Both the position numbers and the translations under genes were made by a program. From an uncultured Clostridia bacterium (GTDB lineage: Bacteria; Bacillota; Clostridia; Oscillospirales; JAAYOS01), in assembly GCA_946566645.1 (NCBI GenBank), contig CAMNWZ010000001.1, positions 1 to 45,702 on the forward strand: a stretch of DNA of 45,702 nucleotides. The letters run 5' to 3'. Under the pieces are notes generated by a model that was given only the letters and a program-made list of their open reading frames with translations, had not been told where the DNA came from and made no database searches. Position 1 is the first letter of the stretch. Each line of letters opens with the position of its first letter. This document shows, piece by piece, positions 27,033 through 33,837 of the stretch.

Positions 27033-27962
27033 ATGAAAAAGAAGATAACAATGATCGTCTGCGCGCTGCTCGCGGTAGTGATTGCCGCGGGAGTGACCTT
27101 CGGCGCGAACGGATTCGCAAAGCGCGCCGAGCAGACGGCAACCAAGTCGCAGCTTGAGCTTAAGACCGGCGTTGTCACCCACAAGAACAAGAAGTCGGAG
27201 GTGGACGCGTCGAACATCGCGGAGGGCTTCGTGATGGTCAGATGGCTGGGCGGCGGCGACAAGCGCATCAAGGTGCAGATAAAGAACGGCGACTCGACTA
27301 CCTACACCTACAACCTGAACAACAAGGGCGACTTCGAGACCTTCCCGCTGTCCGACGGCGACGGCGAGTACTCGGTCAAGGTGTTCGAGAATGTCGCGGA
27401 CACCAAGTACGCGCAGGCGCAGTCGGTCAAGCTGACGGTCAAGCTCCGCGACCAGTTCCTGCCCTTCCTCTACTCCAACCAGTACGTCAACTGGTCCTCG
27501 GACAGCGAGGCTGCGAAGAAGGCGGCGGAGCTGACCAAGAACTGCAAGGACGACTTTGAGAAGGTCACGGCGATATTCAACTACGTCACCGAGAACATCG
27601 AGTACGACTACGCGTTTGCCGAGAAGGTGAAGTCGACCAAGCTGAGCGGCTACATCCCGACGGTGGACACCACGATGTCCACGAAGAAGGGCATCTGCCT
27701 CGACTACGCCGCGCTGATGTGCGCACAGCTCCGCAGCCAGGGCATACCCTGCAAGCTGGTTGTCGGCTACGCGGGCGAGGTCTACCACGCCTGGGTGAAC
27801 GTCTACACCGACGAGACGGGCTGGCTCACAAGCCTCATCTACTTCGACGGCGAGAACTGGACGCTGATGGATCCGACCTTCACATCGAACGCCGACGGTG
27901 ACAGCTCGATACTCCAGTATATATCGGACGGCGGAAACTACACCGCGAGGTATGCATACTAA
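27033..27962 (+). CDS. Transglutaminase-like (Cys-His-Asp core) exported/membrane-anchored protein
   Basis: 309 aa. N-terminal signal/anchor KKKITMIVCALLAVVIAAGV. Core KKGICLDYAALMCAQLRSQGIPCKLVVGYAGEVYHAWVNVY...WTLMDPT. Only 43 nt after the regulator gene, with no terminator between. Confidence 0.85.
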   Translation: MKKKITMIVCALLAVVIAAGVTFGANGFAKRAEQTATKSQLELKTGVVTHKNKKSEVDASNIAEGFVMVRWLGGGDKRIKVQIKNGDSTTYTYNLNNKGDFETFPLSDGDGEYSVKVFENVADTKYAQAQSVKLTVKLRDQFLPFLYSNQYVNWSSDSEAAKKAAELTKNCKDDFEKVTAIFNYVTENIEYDYAFAEKVKSTKLSGYIPTVDTTMSTKKGICLDYAALMCAQLRSQGIPCKLVVGYAGEVYHAWVNVYTDETGWLTSLIYFDGENWTLMDPTFTSNADGDSSILQYISDGGNYTARYAY

Positions 27963-28999
27963 TGCGAAATAAACTGAAAAACGAAGAAATTTCCACTTTA
28001 TGTTATGAATTAGGATTGCTTACGGCGGCAGGCGTCACCCCCGAGGAGGGTGTACGCCTGCTTCTGCTCGATTCGGCGGGGGAGGGCGCGAAGGAGCTTC
28101 TCGGCGCGATACTCGCTCCGCTCGAGCGGGGCGAGCCGCTGTCCGCCGCGATCGCCGCGACCGGGCGCTTCCCCGACGACATGGTGAAGATGCTCGAGGC
28201 GGGCGAGGTCGGCGGAAGCATCGACTCGACGCTGCACTCGCTTGCCGAGTACTACCGTCAGGAGGCGGAGCTTGAACGCGGACTTCGCCGCGCGGTGCTC
28301 TATCCGGCGGTGATGGCAGCCGTCGCGGTGGCGGTGCTGCTTGTGATAACAATAAAGGTCGTGCCGGCGTTCGGCGAGGTGTTCTCCGCGCTCGGTGCGG
28401 GGCTCAGCACCTCGGCGCAGCTGTTCCTGTCGGCGGCGACGATATGCGGCTATGTCGCGCTCGGCATCGGCGGCGTGCTGCTTATCGCGCTCGCGTGCGC
28501 GGGCATCGCGTGGCGGCGCGGCGGATATGAGACGATGATAAAGATTTTCGATAAGCTGTTCTTCCGCGGAAACCTGGCGCTCGAGACGGCGCGCAGCCGC
28601 TTCGCTTCGGTGATGGCAATGCTCACGTCGAGCGGCGTCGACCCGCTTGAGGCGATGGAGCGCGCGGCGGCGTCGACCGCAAACGAGAAGTTCATTGAGC
28701 GCGCGCGCCACGCGGCCTCGATGTGCGCGCAGGGCGAGACGGTCGCCGCGGCGTGCGCGCGGTCGGGTGCGCTCGGTCAGATGGAGGGCGGGCTTGTCGC
28801 GGCGGGAAGCCGTGCGGGTTCGCAGGACAAGGCGTTTGAGGAGGCGTCCCGCCGCAGCCACGAGCGCGCGGAGGAGATGACCGAGCGGATGAGCTCGCGG
28901 GTCGAGCCGATAATGGTCGTGTTCCTCGCGGTGGTCGTCGGATTCGAGCTGCTCGCGGTGATGCTGCCGCTGCTCGGGATGATGAGCGCCATCGGATAA
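27962..28999 (+). CDS. GspF/PilC-family platform protein (type II secretion system F family)
   Basis: 345 aa with two T2SSF repeats (PLSAAIAATGRFPDDMVKMLEAGEVGGSIDSTL and TVAAACARSGALGQMEGGLVAAGSRAGSQDKAF) and three hydrophobic TM segments. The ATG overlaps the upstream TAA (TAATG). Confidence 0.88.
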   Translation: MRNKLKNEEISTLCYELGLLTAAGVTPEEGVRLLLLDSAGEGAKELLGAILAPLERGEPLSAAIAATGRFPDDMVKMLEAGEVGGSIDSTLHSLAEYYRQEAELERGLRRAVLYPAVMAAVAVAVLLVITIKVVPAFGEVFSALGAGLSTSAQLFLSAATICGYVALGIGGVLLIALACAGIAWRRGGYETMIKIFDKLFFRGNLALETARSRFASVMAMLTSSGVDPLEAMERAAASTANEKFIERARHAASMCAQGETVAAACARSGALGQMEGGLVAAGSRAGSQDKAFEEASRRSHERAEEMTERMSSRVEPIMVVFLAVVVGFELLAVMLPLLGMMSAIG

Positions 29000-29020
29000 G
29001 CTGACTTTTCGGGAGAGTTT

Positions 29021-29356
29021 ATGGTTATTTTCAAACCAAAACCGAATTATCTCAAAGCGATAGCCGCGATAGTTCTCATCGCCGCTATCGTTTTTGCCGC
29101 CGCGTACGCCACGACCTCGGTGGGCACGCGCGGCGCGGACGAGGCTGCGAAGAATGTCGAAATAAGCCTGAACCGCGCGGTGGCACGCTGCTATGCCGCC
29201 GAGGGCGCGTATCCTCCCGGCCTCGACTACATCGCCGAGAAGTACGGCGTGAACCCCGACCCCGAGCGGTACATCGTCCACTACGAGTACTTCGGGGCGA
29301 ACCTCCTGCCCGCGATAACCGTCATTCCGGCTGATCCGGAGAGGTCGCAGGCATGA
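29021..29356 (+). CDS. Small membrane-anchored protein, GspG/ComGC-like pseudopilin candidate with non-canonical leader
   Basis: 111 aa. Basic N-terminus then the helix AIAAIVLIAAIVFAAAYA. CYAAEGAYPPGLDYI resembles the Y..G.YP..L block of major pseudopilins. No Gly(-1)/Glu(+5) motif. Confidence 0.7.
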   Translation: MVIFKPKPNYLKAIAAIVLIAAIVFAAAYATTSVGTRGADEAAKNVEISLNRAVARCYAAEGAYPPGLDYIAEKYGVNPDPERYIVHYEYFGANLLPAITVIPADPERSQA

Positions 29357-29850
29357 AGCTGAAACTCGGAAACAGCGGCGAGATGATAGCCGCGATATTC
29401 CTCTTTGCGGCGGCGGCGCTGCTGATGTGCGGCGTGGTCGCGTTCGGCGCGGAGGGCTACGGCGTGATAAGGCAGAACACCCAGAGCGACGCGGAGACCG
29501 CCGCGCAGTACATCGCCACCAAGGTGCGCTCCTGCGACACCGAGTACGGCGTGGAGGTGGACTCCGACCGCATCTACCTGCACGAGTTCTATGGTGACGA
29601 CCGCGAGTATGACTACGTCACCGAGCTGTACATATACGACGGCAATCTCTGCGAGCTGTACCACGACGCGGAGATAGAGCTGGACGACGCCGACGGACTG
29701 CCGGTCATCCCCGCCGAGAAGCTCGCGATAGCGGTCGAGAACGACTGCTTTAGCGTGACGGTGACAAGCGGCGGCGAGCAGCGGATGGTGTCCTTCACGC
29801 CGCGCTGCGGATACGGCGTGCTCGAGGACGGAAGGGCGGTGGCGCGATGA
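29353..29850 (+). CDS. Small membrane-anchored pilin-like protein (165 aa)
   Basis: MKLKLGNSGEMIAAIFLFAAAALLMCGVVAF is a short basic leader, Gly, Glu, then a hydrophobic helix. ATGA overlaps at both ends. Confidence 0.7.
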   Translation: MKLKLGNSGEMIAAIFLFAAAALLMCGVVAFGAEGYGVIRQNTQSDAETAAQYIATKVRSCDTEYGVEVDSDRIYLHEFYGDDREYDYVTELYIYDGNLCELYHDAEIELDDADGLPVIPAEKLAIAVENDCFSVTVTSGGEQRMVSFTPRCGYGVLEDGRAVAR

Positions 29851-30227
29851 AGAAGGCGAACCGCTCGTATATTCTGCTTGAAATACTGCTGTCGCTGCTG
29901 ATATTCTCGGTGGCGGCGTGGATATGCCTCACGCTGTTCGGAGCGGGAGCGAAGGCTGCCCGCCGCGCGGACGAGCTGTCCAACGCGCCGCAGATTTGCG
30001 CGAGCGCGCTTGAGAGGGCACGGAGCGACGGCGAGCCGGTCGAGATGTACTACGACGAAAACTGGCAGCCGCTCGACTGGCAGCCGAAGGAGGGCTACGG
30101 CGTAGGCGTGACCCTCGTCGAAAACGGCGCGACCGTCGAGGCGACCGCAAACGTCGCGCGGCAGGAGAACGGCGAGGTTATCTACACGCTCACGACGGCG
30201 TGGCTCAGCGAGGAGGTGTCGCGATGA
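29847..30227 (+). CDS. Prepilin-type N-terminal domain protein (pseudopilin-like, Ser at -1)
   Basis: MKKANRS-YILLEILLSLLIFSVAAW matches the class III signal consensus (G)FTLLEvLial with Glu at +5. Ser replaces the usual Gly at -1. ATGA overlaps at both ends. Confidence 0.75.
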   Translation: MKKANRSYILLEILLSLLIFSVAAWICLTLFGAGAKAARRADELSNAPQICASALERARSDGEPVEMYYDENWQPLDWQPKEGYGVGVTLVENGATVEATANVARQENGEVIYTLTTAWLSEEVSR

Positions 30228-30565
30228 AGCGGGTATCCCCGATAGGCGCGGTGACGATAATCACCGCCATCATGGTGCTCTGCATGACCGTCTTCGCGGC
30301 GCTGGCGTACTCGTCGGGCATGGCTGAGTATCGGCTGAGCAGGAGCGGCGCGGACGCGGTGGAGGCATACTACGCGGCGGACAAAACCGCGGCGGAGCTG
30401 GTCGCCGAGGCGATAGCAAGCGGCGAGAGCGAGGTCGTGGCGGACATACCCGCGGGCGAGCGGCAGACGCTGCACATCGAAGTCGAAATAGACGGCGGGC
30501 GCGCGCAGGTCGTCGACTGGCGCACCGTCGCGGATACGGGAGAGGAGGAGTTTTTCTTTGACTGA
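30224..30565 (+). CDS. Small membrane-anchored protein, ComGG/PilX-N-like minor pilin candidate
   Basis: 113 aa from the ATG at 30224 (RBS AGGAGG at 30211). Helix GAVTIITAIMVLCMTVFAALAY is followed by AEYRLSRSGADAVEAYYAADKTAAE, reminiscent of ComGG/PilX N-terminal regions. Confidence 0.65.
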   Translation: MKRVSPIGAVTIITAIMVLCMTVFAALAYSSGMAEYRLSRSGADAVEAYYAADKTAAELVAEAIASGESEVVADIPAGERQTLHIEVEIDGGRAQVVDWRTVADTGEEEFFFD

Positions 30566-31625
30566 TTCGGTGCTTAGCATACTCAAAACGGCAGTGGAGC
30601 GCGGCGCGTCCGACCTCATCGTCGTCGCCGGACTTCCGGTGAGCTGCAAGATAAACGGCGCGGTCGAGCGGCTGGGCGACAGTCCGCTCATGCCGGAGGA
30701 CACCCAGCGCCTCGCGGACGAGGTGTACGCCGAGGCGGGCAGGACGAAGGAGATATACAACGCGCACGGCGACGACGACTTCTCACTGACGATAAAGGGG
30801 CTCAGCCGCTTCCGCGTGGCGGTGTTCAGACAGCGCGGCAGCTGCTCGATGGTGGTGCGCGTGGTGGCGTTCTCGCTGCCCGACCCGACCGCGCTCGGCA
30901 TACCCGAGGGCGTGATGAAGTTTGCCGCCGAGACCAAGGGACTGGTGCTCGTCACCGGACCGGCGGGCAGCGGCAAGTCGACCACCCTCGCGTGTCTGAT
31001 AGACCGCATAAACTCGACCCGTCGAGCGCACATCATAACGATAGAGGACCCGATAGAGTTTCTGCACCGCCACAAGGTTGGCATCGTCAGCCAGCGCGAG
31101 ATAGCGAGCGACACCGAGAGCTACGAGGCGGCGCTTCGCGGCGCGCTGCGCCAGGCGCCCGACGTGATACTGCTCGGCGAGATGCGCGACCTCGAGACGA
31201 TACGCGCGGCGATGACCGCGGCGGAGACGGGACACCTGGTTCTCAGCACGCTGCACACCCTCGGCGCGGCGAGCACGGTCGACCGAATAGTGGACATCTT
31301 CCCGCCCGCTCAGCAGGCGCAGATACGCGTGCAGCTGTCGATGGTGCTTCGCGGCGTGATAAGCCAGCAGCTCATCGCTAAGGCGGACGGCAGCGGCGCT
31401 GTGCCGGCGTTTGAGATAATGCACGCGACAAACGCGGTGCGCAACCTGATACGCGAGGCGAAGACCCACCAGATAGACGCGGTCATCTCCACCTCGGCGG
31501 CGGAGGGCATGCGCTCGATGGACGCCGAGCTTGCGGCGCTTGTGCGCTCGGGCGCGATAACCGCGGAGGCGGCGATGACCCACGCGCTGATACCCGACCA
31601 GCTGAAACGACGCCTCGGCGCTTGA
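30558..31625 (+). CDS. pilT: PilT-family type IV pilus ATPase
   Basis: 355 aa. Walker A GPAGSGKSTT, Walker B VILLGEMRD, His box GHLVLSTLHT, PilT signature AVRNLIREAKTHQI. TTG start overlapping the upstream gene by 8 nt. Confidence 0.9.
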   Translation: MTDSVLSILKTAVERGASDLIVVAGLPVSCKINGAVERLGDSPLMPEDTQRLADEVYAEAGRTKEIYNAHGDDDFSLTIKGLSRFRVAVFRQRGSCSMVVRVVAFSLPDPTALGIPEGVMKFAAETKGLVLVTGPAGSGKSTTLACLIDRINSTRRAHIITIEDPIEFLHRHKVGIVSQREIASDTESYEAALRGALRQAPDVILLGEMRDLETIRAAMTAAETGHLVLSTLHTLGAASTVDRIVDIFPPAQQAQIRVQLSMVLRGVISQQLIAKADGSGAVPAFEIMHATNAVRNLIREAKTHQIDAVISTSAAEGMRSMDAELAALVRSGAITAEAAMTHALIPDQLKRRLGA

Positions 31626-31650
31626 ACTTCGCGCCGATTTGTGATATAAT
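31622..31650 (+). promoter_or_regulatory. Candidate internal promoter for the 138-aa gene
   Basis: TTGAAC, 17 nt spacer, TATAAT (preceded by TGtGA). Overlaps the pilT stop codon. Confidence 0.5.
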
Positions 31651-31682
31651 TCGAGTTAACCAAAGGCACACGGAGGCACAGT

Positions 31683-32099
31683 ATGAATCTGTTCGACGCG
31701 AGAGAAAAGGGAGTCATCCGCATCTGCATAGACGAGGCGGCAGGCGGAGTGTTTTCGGGGCGGATAGCCGCTCCGCTGCTCGCGGACGACGAAAAGTTCG
31801 GCGACGCGGCGGACATGCTGCTTGTCATCGAGAGCTATCTCGACGCGGGCGGCGGACCGCAGGCGTTCCAGCGCGGACGCACCTTCGGCGGCAACGTGCG
31901 CAAGGTGGAGCTGTGCGACGAGATACGCGAGGCAGCGTATGACGCGCGTGGGAAGCTCGCGACCTGCGCCGTGCGCGTGACCACCCGTCAGAACTCGACC
32001 TGGCAGGGGTATGTGGACATGGGCGATGGCGAGGGCGGCGTGTTCTTCGCGTCGGCGCTCGAGCTGCTGTTCTACATAGACGGAAAGCTGCGCAAGTGA
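31683..32099 (+). CDS. Hypothetical protein (138 aa), no family recognised
   Basis: RBS GGAGG 6 nt upstream. Codon usage matches the neighbours. Soluble, acidic sequence. Confidence 0.65.
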   Translation: MNLFDAREKGVIRICIDEAAGGVFSGRIAAPLLADDEKFGDAADMLLVIESYLDAGGGPQAFQRGRTFGGNVRKVELCDEIREAAYDARGKLATCAVRVTTRQNSTWQGYVDMGDGEGGVFFASALELLFYIDGKLRK

Positions 32100-32128
32100 A
32101 AAATTTTTTGATTTTTTGAAAAAAGGAC

Positions 32129-32157
32129 TTGCAATTTCAAACAAGCTGAGTTATAAT
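32129..32157 (+). promoter_or_regulatory. Candidate promoter for the tRNA pair
   Basis: TTGCAA, 17 nt spacer, TATAAT, about 38 nt before tRNA-Leu. Confidence 0.6.
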
Positions 32158-32195
32158 AATCGAGCACGACACAGCCGGGACTGTCCTACGCATCT

Positions 32196-32282
32196 GCCGG
32201 TGTGATGAAATTGGTAGACGTAGCAGACTCAAAATCTGCCGCCGGAAACGGCGTACCGGTTCGAGTCCGGTCACCGGCACCA
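32196..32282 (+). tRNA. tRNA-Leu (anticodon CAA), class II with long variable arm, CCA encoded
   Basis: Acceptor GCCGGTG/CACCGGC. Anticodon arm GCAGA-CTCAAAA-TCTGC. Variable arm CGCCGGAAACGGCG. T-arm ACCGG-TTCGAGT-CCGGT. Confidence 0.92.
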
Positions 32283-32287
32283 TATAT

Positions 32288-32363
32288 GCGGATTTAGCTC
32301 ATCTGGTAGAGCGCCACCTTGCCAAGGTGGAGGTAGCGAGTTCGAGTCTCGTAATCCGCTCCA
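32288..32363 (+). tRNA. tRNA-Gly (anticodon GCC), CCA encoded
   Basis: Acceptor GCGGATT/AATCCGC. D-arm GCTC-ATCTGGTA-GAGC. Anticodon arm CCACC-TTGCCAA-GGTGG. T-arm GCGAG-TTCGAGT-CTCGT. Confidence 0.93.
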
Positions 32364-32408
32364 GAAATAAAGAAGAGAGGCTTTGCCTCTCTTCTTTGTT
32401 TCTGGAGC
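32358..32408 (+). terminator. Long hairpin terminator that incorporates the 3' end of tRNA-Gly
   Basis: GCTCCAGAAATAAAGAAGAGAGG-CTTTG-CCTCTCTTCTTTGTTTCTGGAGC, about 23 bp of pairing with a T-rich 3' arm. Confidence 0.7.
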
Positions 32409-32518
32409 TTCAACTTGTTCGACCGCGTCGAACAAGTTGCGGGATTAAATAAAAATGACTACCGAAAGGTAGTCATTTTTGCTTCTGGAGCATAACTTGT
32501 CGACTGCGTCGCCAAGTT
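32400..32518 (+). repeat. Two copies of a TTCTGGAGC + palindrome module downstream of the tRNAs
   Basis: Copy 1 at 32400-32439: TTCTGGAGC-TT-CAACTTGTTCGAC-CGC-GTCGAACAAGTTG (perfect 13-bp arms). Copy 2 at 32483-32518: TTCTGGAGC-AT-AACTTGTCGAC-TGC-GTCGCCAAGTT. Each copy is preceded by a terminator-like hairpin (the second at 32451-32480). Confidence 0.75.
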
Positions 32519-32694
32519 ACGCCGCCTTTACTTTGGTCTGATGCCATTCAGGATTTAGAACACTATCGTTCAGAGTTTGGAACGGTGGCACTTTCCGCGT
32601 TAAAGATTTAACTTTTGCTCTGTACATTTTTGGCGGTTCGTGATAAAATATAGACGTTCGGAAACCTGCTGAAATCATAAGGAGGATGCACACT

Positions 32695-33801
32695 ATGGGA
32701 TATGTCAATGTTTCGTGGGAACTGATGGAGCGCTTTATGAACGAAGTGTTCTGCCGCTACGGAATACCCGAGGAAGACGCCAAGATATGCACCGACGTCC
32801 TGCTTGAGAGCGACCGCCGCGGAATAGAGAGCCACGGCGTCAACCGCTTCAAACCCATCTACCTCGACCGCATAAAGAACGGCACCCTGCTGCCGACGAC
32901 CAAGATGGACATTGTGAAGGAGACCCCCACCACCGTAGTCATGGACGCGAACAACGGCATGGGCATGGTGGCGAGCTACCACATGATGAACATGCTCATC
33001 GAGAAGGCGAAGCAGTACGGCATGGCGGGCGGCACCATCTTCAACTCAACCCACTACGGCATAGCGGGATACTGGACGACGATGGCGGAGAAGGCGGGTA
33101 TGATAGGCATAAGCGGCACGAACGCCCGACCGTCGGTTGCGCCCACCTTCGGCGTCGAGCCGATGATGGGCACGAACCCGCTCACCTTCACCATGCCCAC
33201 CGACGAGGAGTTCCCGTTCAACTTCGACTGCGCGACCTCCATCGTCCAGAACGGACGCATAGAGTACTACGAGCGCCTGGGCAAGGAGACCCCGGCGGGA
33301 CTGGTCGTCACCAAGGACGGCGGCACGATGACCGACTCGGGAAAGATACTCAAGGATATGCGCGCGGGCGACTGCGCCCTGCTGTCGATAGGCGGTCTCG
33401 GCGAGGCGACCGGCGGCTACAAGGGCTACGGCTTTACCACCATCGTCGAGATACTGTCCGCCGCGCTTGCGGGTGGTCCGTACATGAAGGAGCTTACCGG
33501 CAAGAATCCCGACGGCTCGAACCGCATGTACCGCCTGGGTCACTTCTTCTTCGTGATAAATCCCGAATTCTTCATGGGACTGGACACCTTCAAGAAGACG
33601 GCGGGCGGCATCTGCCGCGACCTGCGCGCGTCGAAGAAGGCTCCGGGCGCCGACCGCATCTACACGGCGGGCGAGAAGGAGCACGACGCATGGATGAGCC
33701 GCAAGGACACCGGCGTGCCGATAAACGAGTCGGTGCAGAAGGAGTTTGCCCAGATACGCGACGAGCTCGGACTCGATTACAAGTTCCCGTTTGAGGACTG
33801 A
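32695..33801 (+). CDS. Ldh_2 family (malate/L-lactate/sulfolactate-type) NAD(P)H oxidoreductase
   Basis: DVLLESDRRGIESHGVNRF, NSTHYGIAGYW, PMMGTNPLTF and GGYKGYG blocks are typical of the Ldh_2 family. I prefer the ATG at 32695 (9 nt after GGAGG) to the ATG at 32686. Confidence 0.85.
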   Translation: MGYVNVSWELMERFMNEVFCRYGIPEEDAKICTDVLLESDRRGIESHGVNRFKPIYLDRIKNGTLLPTTKMDIVKETPTTVVMDANNGMGMVASYHMMNMLIEKAKQYGMAGGTIFNSTHYGIAGYWTTMAEKAGMIGISGTNARPSVAPTFGVEPMMGTNPLTFTMPTDEEFPFNFDCATSIVQNGRIEYYERLGKETPAGLVVTKDGGTMTDSGKILKDMRAGDCALLSIGGLGEATGGYKGYGFTTIVEILSAALAGGPYMKELTGKNPDGSNRMYRLGHFFFVINPEFFMGLDTFKKTAGGICRDLRASKKAPGADRIYTAGEKEHDAWMSRKDTGVPINESVQKEFAQIRDELGLDYKFPFED

Positions 33802-33837
33802 CATTCAGCATAATAGACCGAATTGGAGGGGTTTAGG

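Noticed and set aside
21310-31583. Series of long minus-strand ORFs: 21310-22203, 22326-23549, 23976-24956, 25724-26710, 27003-27788, 28010-29281, 30182-31114, 30783-31583
   Set aside because: All are antisense to plus-strand genes with clear family motifs and tight operon structure. Their composition is that of shadow ORFs.
32196-32520. tRNA-adjacent integration of a mobile element
   Set aside because: No integrase, excisionase or cargo genes follow the tRNAs. The matching 9-mers are inverted rather than direct, and the next genes are ordinary metabolic genes. Kept only as a repeat observation.
32517-32708. 63-aa minus-strand ORF overlapping the Ldh_2 start
   Set aside because: It has no RBS, runs through the promoter/RBS region of the Ldh_2 gene, and matches no recognisable family.
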